Assembly (NCBI GenBank): GCA_964572535.1
Contig: CAZNHI010000001.1
Location: 1 to 53,151, forward strand
Direction: 5' to 3'
Source of the DNA: an uncultured Dehalococcoidia bacterium
GTDB lineage: Bacteria; Chloroflexota; Dehalococcoidia; DSTF01; WHTK01
DNA length: 53,151 bases
The position numbers and the translations under genes were made by a program. Below the pieces are notes generated by a model. That model worked only from the letters and a program-made list of their open reading frames with translations, was not told where the DNA came from and did not search any database. Shown piece by piece: positions 38,353 through 47,132 of this stretch. Within the stretch, counting starts at the first letter, position 1. Each line of letters begins with the position of its first letter.

Positions 38353-38382
38353 GTATTGAATCTACTGCAAGTATTGAGTCTA
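38351..38382. promoter_or_regulatory. Direct repeat AAGTATTGA(A/G)TCTA x2, 18-bp period (candidate activator site)
   Basis: 38351-38364 and 38369-38382 match 13/14. They lie 50-80 nt upstream of the TTG 38301 start candidate of the aminotransferase operon. Confidence 0.35.
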
Positions 38383-38398
38383 GCGAGGGACTCTTATC

Positions 38399-38411
38399 TC
38401 ACAGACTGTGA
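38399..38411. promoter_or_regulatory. Palindrome TCACAG-A-CTGTGA (candidate operator)
   Basis: Perfect 6+6 inverted repeat with a 1-nt centre, 17 nt from the direct repeats. Confidence 0.3.
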
Positions 38412-38721
38412 TAAGAAAATTTTCAGGAATTTGCGAGAAATCCGACAGAAATCGTCGGAAACAGGCCAGGCGCTGGCAGACTATTTTCCCTAGCGACCTG
38501 TTAAGGCCATACGCTAGGAGATTCATTCTGGCGGTCAACCAGGCCCCCAGGCAGTGTCTTGGCAAGGACAGTGCGCCAGCCACTGATGGAGTAAGAATGG
38601 GGTGTGTGCCAACAGTTTTGCAGATTCAGAGAAGACGCTTTTCAGCGGACAGTGTGGCTTCCGAAGCGCCATCGTTACGCTCACTCGCCCCAACCAGCGG
38701 ATTATTAAAGCCATACACGCC

Positions 38722-39123
38722 TTAGATCAAGACCGGTAGGAATCCCGCGCTCTCGGCAAGGATGTATGGAATGAAAAACCCGGGAAGGATACGGCCCGAG
38801 AGGCTTCCCACGGCCGGCCGATCTTGTTCCGGGGTAAGCCCCTTAATCGCGCCTACGACGTCACGAAGACTGATGCCCGATAACGAAGGGTGGGGACAAG
38901 CCGCGTCCTCGTCGACTGAATACACATTGCGATTACCTTGTTTGGCAACCCGGATCATGTTCGCATTTTCGAGATCACCGAGAATTCGGCCGATACGCCG
39001 TTCAGTGAGCCCTAGAGTCCATGCGATCTCTCGCATGGTGGCGTTAGGAGTTTGGGCGACGTGTAGAAGAACTAGTCCATGGCTGGCGAAGACCGATACT
39101 TTACCTGAAGCTATCCTACGCAA
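38722..39123 (-). CDS. Winged-helix (MarR/ArsR-like) transcriptional regulator
   Basis: HGLVLLHVAQTPNATMREIAWTLGLTERRIGRILGDLENANMIRVAKQGNRNVY forms an HTH plus wing. Start placed at TTG 39123 (GGAG 5 nt upstream). The longer ORF (to 39225) would overlap the divergent regulator gene. Confidence 0.65.
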   Translation of the reverse strand: MRRIASGKVSVFASHGLVLLHVAQTPNATMREIAWTLGLTERRIGRILGDLENANMIRVAKQGNRNVYSVDEDAACPHPSLSGISLRDVVGAIKGLTPEQDRPAVGSLSGRILPGFFIPYILAESAGFLPVLI

Positions 39124-39182
39124 GGCTACTCCTGACGGTTGATTTTCCCAGAATTCGGCATGCTTGGTTTCAAAGCGTTCCG

Positions 39183-39194
39183 GAAGTATACTTC
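39183..39194. promoter_or_regulatory. Perfect palindrome GAAGTATACTTC in the divergent regulator promoter region
   Basis: Lies in the 135-nt gap between the TTG 39123 (-) and ATG 39259 (+) starts. It extends to 16/18 as CCgGAAGTATACTTCtGG. Confidence 0.35.
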
Positions 39195-39258
39195 TGGAAC
39201 TATTGATGCACAAATAGGCCTGCACCAGAGGAATAGGCCATGTGCAAGCGAGGGAGAG

Positions 39259-39990
39259 ATGAACTCGACATCAGATGCCCCCCGGCGTGATGCGCGCCGG
39301 GAGTGGCGAAGGCCACAGCAATCACACAGTCAGCGCGTGATGGTGGTCGATGACAGCGTTGAGATCCGCTCCTTGCTCTCGCGAGACCTCATGGGCCGAG
39401 GGTATGAGGTGACTGGCTACCCCGACGGGGAGTCAGCGCTGCGCGCCCTGCGGCGTGAAAACCCGGACCTGCTGCTGCTTGATCTAGGTCTCAGGGATGT
39501 GGACGGAATCGATGTCTGTCTGAGACTGCGCGAGTGGAGCTCCGTACCAATTATCATGATCACGGACCGCGATGCAGTTAACGACCGCGTACAAGGGCTG
39601 CGCGCGGGCGCAGACGATTATGTAATAAAGCCCTTCTTCCTGGAAGAACTCGCAGCGCGCATTGAGGCGGTATTGCGGCGGCACCCGCGCGAGCAGCGTC
39701 AGATTGAGTTTGACGACCTGGTGATGGACATGGAACGCCACCGCTGCCTCCGCGCTGGGCAGGAAATCACCCTCACTCCTACGGAATTCGCTCTTCTAGA
39801 GACGCTGGCAAGACTGTCCGAGCGCGTCATCAGCCGGCACACGCTGGCCTCCGCCGTCTGGCCGGAAGGCGAATTCATCGACGACAAGATGCTCGATACG
39901 CACATCACGAACGTGCGCAAGAAGCTGGAGGCGAACGGCGGCCGGCGACTGGTCCAAACCGTGCGCGGCATCGGTTTCACGCTGCGCTGA
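39259..39990 (+). CDS. OmpR/PhoB-family response regulator (no cognate kinase in window)
   Basis: VMVVDDSVEIR, LLLLDLGLRDVDG (acceptor Asp), IIMITDRD and YVIKPF. C-terminal winged helix LTPTEFALLETLA..VQTVRGIGFTL. ATG 39259 is preceded by GAGGGAGAG. Confidence 0.9.
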   Translation: MNSTSDAPRRDARREWRRPQQSHSQRVMVVDDSVEIRSLLSRDLMGRGYEVTGYPDGESALRALRRENPDLLLLDLGLRDVDGIDVCLRLREWSSVPIIMITDRDAVNDRVQGLRAGADDYVIKPFFLEELAARIEAVLRRHPREQRQIEFDDLVMDMERHRCLRAGQEITLTPTEFALLETLARLSERVISRHTLASAVWPEGEFIDDKMLDTHITNVRKKLEANGGRRLVQTVRGIGFTLR

Positions 39991-40046
39991 GTCTCCCGGC
40001 TGGCCGGACCAGAACAGAACTCCATCCCAGAAAACGTTCGTACGGG

Positions 40047-40083
40047 GTTGCATCCCCTCTTCGGAGGGGGTGAGGATTGAAAC
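40047..40083 (+). other. Solitary CRISPR-repeat-like hairpin (alternatively a U-tract-less terminator)
   Basis: GTTGCATCCCCTCTTCGGAGGGGGTGAGGATTGAAAC forms a 9-bp stem (one G-U) on a C(UUCG)G tetraloop. It starts GTTGCA and ends ATTGAAAC. It is single copy, 56 nt after the response-regulator stop. Confidence 0.35.
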
Positions 40084-40358
40084 GCCGGACGGGCGAGGTT
40101 GGCGCTGTCGACATCTAATCGATCTGGGCCTCGAACGGTCCCACTATTTACTCTCTGTATTCTTCCCAAGAGCATGGCAGGACAGGCTGACCCAACTAAT
40201 CTACTGGCGGATGCTGCCCTTTATGTGACTTGTCGTCTGCCTCCCCCGCTCCGGGGGCTTGACCTGAAGCTCCTCTGTGTCAAGCGGCCGCTTCTTGGGT
40301 TCTCCTTGAGGCAAGATCTCGCAACATGGCGTGAGCCAGCGCGAGTCGGGAGATGAAG

Positions 40359-41186
40359 CTAGATCCCTTGGCCCTCGAGGCCGTCATTGTGCGCGTAGAG
40401 AGGATGGTCGAAGAAGTGCGCTAGGTAGTACTTATCGACCCAGGACTGGTTGGCGTCACGCCGAGGCACATAGTACTTGAGGCCGTAGATCGGGGAAATC
40501 TTTTGGGTTTGGTGGCCGGAGTTGAACTCCGCAATCGCCAGGCGCTCGCCGGTGTAGTCGTTGTACGTAAAGCCAAGGATGTCGTCGAAGTAGCAGTACA
40601 CGCGCGGCATGAGCTTCTCATAGCCTGCGTCGAAGACTACAAGCGCATCCCTTGTGGAACTGTAATAATCGAGATCGAAGGAGATGAAGCCAATCGGGGG
40701 ATGTTCCTCCGATAAGAAACGAGGCACGGTCTCTGAAACGGGCCCCAGGATAAGCTGCGCGCGGTCGACGCGTTGCCGCAGACCGTCTGCGTCCATGCCG
40801 TACATACCCTCGGACCAGTGATGCGGGTCGTCCCGGTAATCGACCGGTTTCGGGAGGCCGACGCCCGTGTCGAAGCCGTAGACGTCAACGTGCACCCCCA
40901 TCAGGCGCTGGACCTCTCGCGAAATCACATCCAGACTCATTAGGCTTGTCCCGGATGCGACTCCGAGTTCAACGGCAGTTATGCTGCCGATACCCAGGAC
41001 GCTTGCCAGATGCGCGGCATTCACCACTCCCCAGGCGTAGCTCTTGCGGCCGGATACTGAGCTTATCTTGGTCGCGAGATCGTTCAGTCGCGGATAAGCG
41101 TGTCCTGCAGCTCTAGCACGGCTGAACGGGTCCTCCTCGATCCAGTCTCGCACCCGTGTCACCAGACGCCTTGCTAGTTGACGCAT
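40359..41186 (-). CDS. TylF/MycF-like class I SAM methyltransferase
   Basis: VELGVASGTSL, GFDTGVGLP and ISFDLDYYSSTRDAL resemble the TylF FDSFEGLP and DxDxYxST motifs. Start placed at ATG 41186 (GGTGGAG, 8-nt spacer); the ORF track GTG 41195 lies inside that SD. Confidence 0.6.
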   Translation of the reverse strand: MRQLARRLVTRVRDWIEEDPFSRARAAGHAYPRLNDLATKISSVSGRKSYAWGVVNAAHLASVLGIGSITAVELGVASGTSLMSLDVISREVQRLMGVHVDVYGFDTGVGLPKPVDYRDDPHHWSEGMYGMDADGLRQRVDRAQLILGPVSETVPRFLSEEHPPIGFISFDLDYYSSTRDALVVFDAGYEKLMPRVYCYFDDILGFTYNDYTGERLAIAEFNSGHQTQKISPIYGLKYYVPRRDANQSWVDKYYLAHFFDHPLYAHNDGLEGQGI

Positions 41187-41632
41187 GAAATACACTCCAC
41201 CAACTCAGGAACCGCCGGGGCATGCTCGTCACCGATTCAACCTGGTCGAAAGAGCTGAATGGCGGCTCGAGCATCGTTCAGCCCGCGACGTCCGATGCGA
41301 CGCCATCACCCGTTACTGGAAGTCGATTAGAAACGAGAAGTAGACGCGCCATGGAGCACTATTCATGCAAACATAACGTCGACAGGCCTTCGATAAGCGG
41401 CAAGCTCTTGACGACGCAGGAGACACTCCTTAATTCAGCGCAATGACCCATGCGCTTATCCAACGCACATTCCTTCAGCCTTGTTACCCGATCGGTGGCT
41501 GCCACGATCGCGAGCAATGAACCGTCCGCGCTTGCCTTACTCGGTAGCACTTAGATTAAGCCAGTCACAGTCTATGGCTGCACCACCAAGAAGCTAGCAC
41601 ATCCTCGGTGGTTGGGTCACGCCTCTCCTAAC

Positions 41633-43191
41633 CTACAACTCGTCGCCAGCGACCGCGGGACCTTCTCCACCGCCGATTGCCCCACCCGGACGCTTCAGAG
41701 GGAGGACTCGCGCATACGCGGTGATAATCACCGTGGCTGCGAAAATCTGACGCAGCGGAAACGAAACCAGGAGGAATGCAGTCAGGTAAATCAGAGCCAC
41801 AACCGCGGCTTCGACGACCAAAACCGGCCAACTGTCCGCGCTCGCCAGGGTCTGCAGCCCATAACCGGCGAGTCCCGCTAACAGTGCTGACCCAACGAAC
41901 GGCATGATTGCGGTGCGTAGGAACCTGATAAGGGATATCTGAGCCAGACGGCATCCCAGGACCAGTGCGATAGCGCCTGCCAGTGAGAAGGGGATCAGCG
42001 TGGCAAGGGCAACGCCAATCAGCTCGAACTCCTGGACCAGGTCAGGCTCAGTACAAGGTTGGCAACCATGGTGCCTACGCCGAGGTCTGCAACCAGCCTG
42101 TGCAGGTGGCTAGCCTGTAGCACCTTTGAGGCGAAGTCCTCCGTAAGCATGACTACTGACGCGAGCGAGAGGATGACCAGGGGTATGTAAGCATCTGCTA
42201 CTTCTGGCCCGATCCACAGCTCAAGGAAGCTCTCGCCGAAGACAATAAGCATTAATGCAAAGGCCGTCATGAAGCCGCCGCTTATCCGGGTAACCTCGAG
42301 CATTACGGTTGCAAGCTCTCGCCGGTTCTCAGGCTCGTTGACCAATCTCGCGGCTGAAGGTACCAAGACATGGTTTAGCTGAATCGCCAGAGACTTGGCT
42401 AAGCGAAACCAACCGCATTCCAACGCCGTAGATACCAACAGCACTCAGCGGCAGGAAGGCTCCAATGATCAAGTGGTCTGCACGGCTGCTGACGACCGAG
42501 TTAGCAGCCCCGACGCAGTAGGAGAAGTTTCGGCCGTCTCGCAGGAACCTCAGGTTGAAGGACTGGCGCCTGAATCGAAATTGCGGAATCGTAAGGCTCG
42601 TGTAGACAACCCTGGCGACAGCTCTGGCCGTCTCAGCACAAAACAAGACGATAGCCAGCGCTTCGACGCCGGCCCCAACTACCAGGACTGCAACGGTTGC
42701 GATTCCTTCAACCAGCCGCGTCAGGATATCGATGGCGTTGGATGCATCATATCGTTCGTAGCCGAGAAGGACTCCCATAGCCACGTTGGACGGGAACTGG
42801 ATGGCCCAGGCTGCGCCCACAACCAGCAACAGGAACTGGGCAGAGCCTACTTTGTCATCGGTGACTTTGAAGAGGTCTGCCACCACCAGCGCGAACGCAA
42901 CCGCCACGAGCATGACGACGACACCAAGGCCGTGAAAGCGACAAGAAAACCACCCAGGCTCTCATGTACCTTCTCTTCTTCACCGCGGGACCGGCGGACT
43001 GCGGTTTCGCAGATCAGGGCCTGTTTGAGCCCAAGATCGAACAATGAAAGAAAGTTCACGATCGCTAAAACCAGGAGCCAGAGGCCGTAATCCTCCGTGC
43101 CCAGGTAGGAAATAATGATCGGCGTAAGGACGAAGCCGAGCCCGAGGCTCGCGAGGACCTTCAGGTAGCCGCTTGCGGCGTTTCTTACCAC
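41633..43191 (-). pseudogene. wzx paralog inactivated by at least 3 frameshifts
   Basis: Four collinear fragments (42847..43191, 42329..42913, 42019..42444 and about 41633..42045) together reproduce the full 33764..35290 protein at roughly 70% identity. Frame changes lie near 42919, 42406 and 42043. Confidence 0.85.
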
Positions 43192-43296
43192 AACTTGCCA
43201 GATCGCGACGGGCCTCCTCGCCTTGGCGACCAGACAACAGTTAGGTAGGTGCCTGGCCTCGTGTAGCCTTTGCTACCTCAGCACATCTGCTCTACG

Positions 43297-44742
43297 CTAC
43301 CGGCTATTTCGGCGGTCTTGGGCCGTGAAACCTTGTCTTCGGCCGCGTTCTTGAACTGGTGGAACAACGCTCTCTGGTGCCTCCGGCTGCGGAACGACGA
43401 CGGCGCCCATCGCCTCCGGTTGCAGCTTGCCGTATGAACGGTGTTCACGGCGCGGCGATCTGCCTTTAGTAATCACCACGCCCACCACTGTCGCGCCTCG
43501 TTGCTGCAGCGTCGCGGCCATAGCCCTCAACGCAGAGGCACGTGTTCTACCCGCCTCGACTACCAGAACGGTCGCGTCGACGAACTGAGCCAGCGCGCTG
43601 GCATCCGTCACCGCCGAAAAGGCCGGGCTATCGAATATCACGAAGTCGACGGCGGACGCCGCTTCGGCAACGACCATCTGCATCCGCGATGAAGCAATAG
43701 CGCTCGCGTGAACCGGTCCTGGCCCCCCAGTAAGCACTCCCAAGTTTGCTGAAAGGGCATGTATTGGCCACTGGGTGACGCCTACTTTGCTCGTCAGAAC
43801 ACTCGAAAGCCCCGCTGTATTGGGGGTGCCGAGCAGCTCATGCTGACAGGGGTGCCGAAGGTCGGCGTCGACGATCAGCACGGAGTCTCCGGCTTCAGCC
43901 AGGGTGAACCCAAGGTTTGCGACCAGGCGCGATCGCCCTTCGCCTCGGTGTGGACTGGCTACAATTATCGTCTTCAGTGCGCCCGTCTGGCGGACTACAT
44001 GGAGGCTTGTTCTTAGATCCCTGTAGTCCTCCACCGAGAGTTGGTCAGCGCTTTGCATCCGGCGGCGTTTCTGCGAACGAAGGCCGTGCAGTCGGTCGAT
44101 GACGGCCAAGGTCGGCAGACCGGAAGCGACCTCCACGTCTTCTAACGTCTTGATCGTGTCGTCCATATACTCAAGGACGAGTATCACGCCCGACGTTAGC
44201 AACAAGGAAACCACGACAACCATGAGCACGATCAAGGTGGTATTGGGACTTGTAGGGTTGTCCGGGGGCAGCGCCAGGTCAGCCACAAGCAGAACATTCT
44301 GCTGACCCAACGTCTGCGTAGCATCAGCAATGAAGACCTCTGCCGCGGCGTTTGCAATCTCGGCAGCCAGGTCAGGGTCCGGGTCCGTTGCGGAGATCTC
44401 GATGATCTGGCTGTTCCGCACCAACGAAACTGAAATCTTGGACCTCAGCTGCGCTTCCGTGAAAGGCAAGTTCAATCGCCTGATCACCTCTACGAGTACA
44501 GTCCTGCGCGAAGCGAACTGAACATAGGTGTTCATGAGACGCTCATTGGTCAAGAGATCATTCAGCTGAGAAGCCCCGGTAATGCCTGTGCCCTGGTTCC
44601 TCATCAGGAGTGTCGTGTTGGCCTCGTAAAGCGATGTCTGCCTGTCCGCATACATTGACCCGACGACTCCCGCCAACACGGCTCCGAGAACCAGCAACCA
44701 CCACCGCCGCCGCAGAATCGACAAGAAGCCCACTAACTCCAC
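43297..44742 (-). CDS. Fused polysaccharide co-polymerase (Wzz-like) / BY-kinase-like P-loop protein
   Basis: N-terminal Wzz region with 2 TM helices (WWLLVLGAVLAGVVG; LIVLMVVVVSLLLTSGVILVL). C-terminal IIVASPHRGEGRSRLVANL (Walker A with Arg in place of Lys), VLIVDADLRHP (A') and DFVIFDSP (B). Confidence 0.8.
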   Translation of the reverse strand: MELVGFLSILRRRWWLLVLGAVLAGVVGSMYADRQTSLYEANTTLLMRNQGTGITGASQLNDLLTNERLMNTYVQFASRRTVLVEVIRRLNLPFTEAQLRSKISVSLVRNSQIIEISATDPDPDLAAEIANAAAEVFIADATQTLGQQNVLLVADLALPPDNPTSPNTTLIVLMVVVVSLLLTSGVILVLEYMDDTIKTLEDVEVASGLPTLAVIDRLHGLRSQKRRRMQSADQLSVEDYRDLRTSLHVVRQTGALKTIIVASPHRGEGRSRLVANLGFTLAEAGDSVLIVDADLRHPCQHELLGTPNTAGLSSVLTSKVGVTQWPIHALSANLGVLTGGPGPVHASAIASSRMQMVVAEAASAVDFVIFDSPAFSAVTDASALAQFVDATVLVVEAGRTRASALRAMAATLQQRGATVVGVVITKGRSPRREHRSYGKLQPEAMGAVVVPQPEAPESVVPPVQERGRRQGFTAQDRRNSR

Positions 44743-44817
44743 GCTACCCCCGTTGTACCCCGCGCCAATTTCACTTACCCGAATCGCAGTCCTATCTAAG
44801 ATAATGCTAAGTGCAAC

Positions 44818-46170
44818 TTACGCAAACGTCGTCTTGAGGTGCTGCGCCTTATTTTCAACGGTGGCCGAGCGTGGAAACTTCCTGCCAAGGCTATCGACCA
44901 GCCTGAAGTCAGCAATCCGCTCGCTCATCGCTGCATCGACGTAAGACGCGTCAATCACGATGCCAAGGTCGGCTTGGCTGAGGCCGTCCTCCAGCGATTC
45001 CGCGTAGTCGACGCTGCTGCCAAGCTCCGCGCGTGCGTTGGCCTCCGCTCGAGGATCATGAATCACAACCCTAAGTCCCTCGCGCAACAAAGCCCGCACC
45101 AGCGCCATCGCCTGGGAGGAGCGAACGCTATCGCTGGCTGGCTTGAACGACACACCAACCACGCAGACTCTCGCGTCGTCGACGTCGGCCAGTATGTGCT
45201 TTGACCGCTCAACCAGGCGCTCCAGCGCTACGTCGTTCGTACGCTGCGCACCACGAAATACGGCTGTCGGGATGCCGTTTCGCGACGCAGACGTCAAGAA
45301 CGCCCCAAGATCCTTCGGCAAACAGCTGCCTCCGAAACCAATGCCGGGCTGTAGGTAGTCACGTCCGATGCGCCTATCCACCCCGATTCCGTTCAGGACG
45401 GTCTCCACGTCCGCACCCAGACCTTCTGCCAGGTGAGCAATCTCGTTCGCCATCGAAACACGAACCGCCAGCACCGCGTTGGCGCCCAGCTTGATGATTT
45501 CCGCCGTCGTCACGTCTGTGGTGAAATGCTGAACCTCAGCGAAGTCAAAGATTCCGCACAGGTCCGCCACCGCGGCAGGGCTCCTGCCACCGACCACGAT
45601 ACGCGTCGGCGACTCAAAATCGTGGAGCGCACTACCTTCTCGCAGAAACTCAGGGTTGAAGAGCACGTCAACGGTGGAGTGACGTGATTTCACCCACGTC
45701 TCCAGGCTTCGCGTCGTCCCAGGGCTTACTGTGCTCCTTACCACGAGTCTTAGCGGCGTTCCACAGGACTCGATCAGCGCTTCGGCCGAGGCGTACACGC
45801 TGGTGTCATCTAGATGACCGTCCTCATGGGGAGGGGTGGACGTACAAATGAAGGCGAAGTCGACGTTATCGAGTCTGGTGTCGTATCCCAGCTGGATCTT
45901 GATTCGCCCGCTGCACAACTCGTTCACAAACGCGTCCGCGAGCGATGGCTCCTCAAAGGGCAAGCGGCCATCGCTGAGTTGATTCGCCCGGCTCTCATCA
46001 ATCTCAATCAGGTCAACCATGTGCCCCCGTCGGGCAAACCCGGTGGCCGTCGCCAGGCCGACGTAGCCTCCTCCGGCAACCACGAGATGTCTGGGGACAA
46101 ACTCGGTCAGATTGCCCCACCGGCTCTTGCGGCCTGGATCCACCCTTTTCGTGCGATCTTCCTTAACCAA
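44818..46170 (-). CDS. ugd: UDP-glucose 6-dehydrogenase family
   Basis: VVAGGGYVGLATATGFARRGH and GFGGSCLPKDL (catalytic Cys). Start placed at TTG 46170 with AAGGAGG (46185-46179) 8 nt upstream; the ORF track extends to 46329. Confidence 0.85.
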   Translation of the reverse strand: MVKEDRTKRVDPGRKSRWGNLTEFVPRHLVVAGGGYVGLATATGFARRGHMVDLIEIDESRANQLSDGRLPFEEPSLADAFVNELCSGRIKIQLGYDTRLDNVDFAFICTSTPPHEDGHLDDTSVYASAEALIESCGTPLRLVVRSTVSPGTTRSLETWVKSRHSTVDVLFNPEFLREGSALHDFESPTRIVVGGRSPAAVADLCGIFDFAEVQHFTTDVTTAEIIKLGANAVLAVRVSMANEIAHLAEGLGADVETVLNGIGVDRRIGRDYLQPGIGFGGSCLPKDLGAFLTSASRNGIPTAVFRGAQRTNDVALERLVERSKHILADVDDARVCVVGVSFKPASDSVRSSQAMALVRALLREGLRVVIHDPRAEANARAELGSSVDYAESLEDGLSQADLGIVIDASYVDAAMSERIADFRLVDSLGRKFPRSATVENKAQHLKTTFA

Positions 46171-46364
46171 CGAACTGCCCTCCTTGCATGCGGTACGTCG
46201 ACCGAGCTTCAGCCAGAGGCCGTACCGTTCGTCCCGTACATGGATGCCATGCCCGAATTTTCGTGTTCTTCGTTTAGCCCGTGGCGGAAGAAGAGCCAAA
46301 CCTCGCTCAATGTGGCCACTGCCCTGCACTAGTCATAAACGTTTCCTAAAGTACGGGCTCGATG

Positions 46365-47095
46365 AGTGTATCCGACATAACACGTTACGGCGAGCCCAAG
46401 ACCGTATACATCACCCATAACGGGACACACAGGCGGATGTTTCGCGTGATCCGCCAAGTTAGTGACTCTCAAGCCGGCCGGCTGCGCCAAAGAACAGGCA
46501 TCGATAAGCACACAACGGGAATCTCTCACCGAGGGCCGACTTGGGGCACGGGCGATGAATCAGGCGAGTCGAGTCGTTCTCGTGTCGCTGAGCCTTTGTC
46601 GCGAAACTCGTTCTTCAACACTACCAAGAATAAGTACCACGGCTCTGAAGTTCGCCTCTCCGTTCACCGGTGCGGGGCGTCGACTACCTCTCTCGTCTTA
46701 CGAATTTCAACCACCCGATTCCGATTTCAGCCATCGAATGGCATGCCCAATCTTGAGGAGCCCAGGCCTTGCGTTCAAGATACAGGGGCTTTCTTTTACG
46801 TTAAGAAACGGTTACACGATCCTTGCTCAAGAAGCGTCTCTCTCACCGGCAGCGCGATGATGAGCGCTCCCACATGACTGAAGTTCAGGACCACTTCGCA
46901 GAGCCCTTCAGGCGTACTGCAATGCGCCGATGATCATGATGTGAATCGCCACCATACGGCTGCCATTACGCCGAACGGCCTCGCCACCAACGTTGAATCA
47001 GCGCGTCCCGGAAAGCCTGACTGGACACGAGCCGTCGCCTGGTACGTCATCGTACCGGCAAGCGCCGTCGCCTCCTATAGTAGTCTCGTGTTGCT
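46365..47095 (-). pseudogene. Decayed aldo/keto reductase, paralog of 5803..6831
   Basis: Collinear matches across three frames on the minus strand: RY.., SGFPG (vs LGYGA), EAVRRNGSRMVAI (vs EAVLESGINFVDT), QYA (vs DYG), PEGLCEVVL..HVGALIIALP (vs SEERIGKYI..HRSRFILATK), VVDAPH (vs YIDLLQFH), GEANFRAVV..SVEERV (vs GKVRFIGVS..DIEDHI), KHPPVCPVMGDV (vs SHPSVATTIVGTV). Several stops are present. Same position downstream of the GT-A-like paralog. Confidence 0.45.
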
Positions 47096-47132
47096 GGCAG
47101 CGAAGATCCTCTAACCCGGACCTAACCTCCGC

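Noticed and set aside
40243-40257. Second G/C hairpin (CCCCCG-CTC-CGGGGG) about 185 nt after the CRISPR-like 37-mer, considered as a second degenerate repeat of a mini-array
   Set aside because: The spacing is far too long for a spacer. Sequence similarity to the first element is limited to being a C-run/G-run hairpin, and it lacks the GTTGCA and ATTGAAAC termini. It is more likely a weak terminator for the convergent minus-strand methyltransferase gene.
41196-41632. ORFs 41222..41446(+) and 41359..41550(-) in the 437-nt gap downstream of the wzx pseudogene, tested as a remnant of a heparinase-like gene by analogy with the intact module
   Set aside because: There are no start signals or motifs. 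Comparison with the N-terminus of the 31645..33756 product gave only a few scattered identities, so this is left unassigned.
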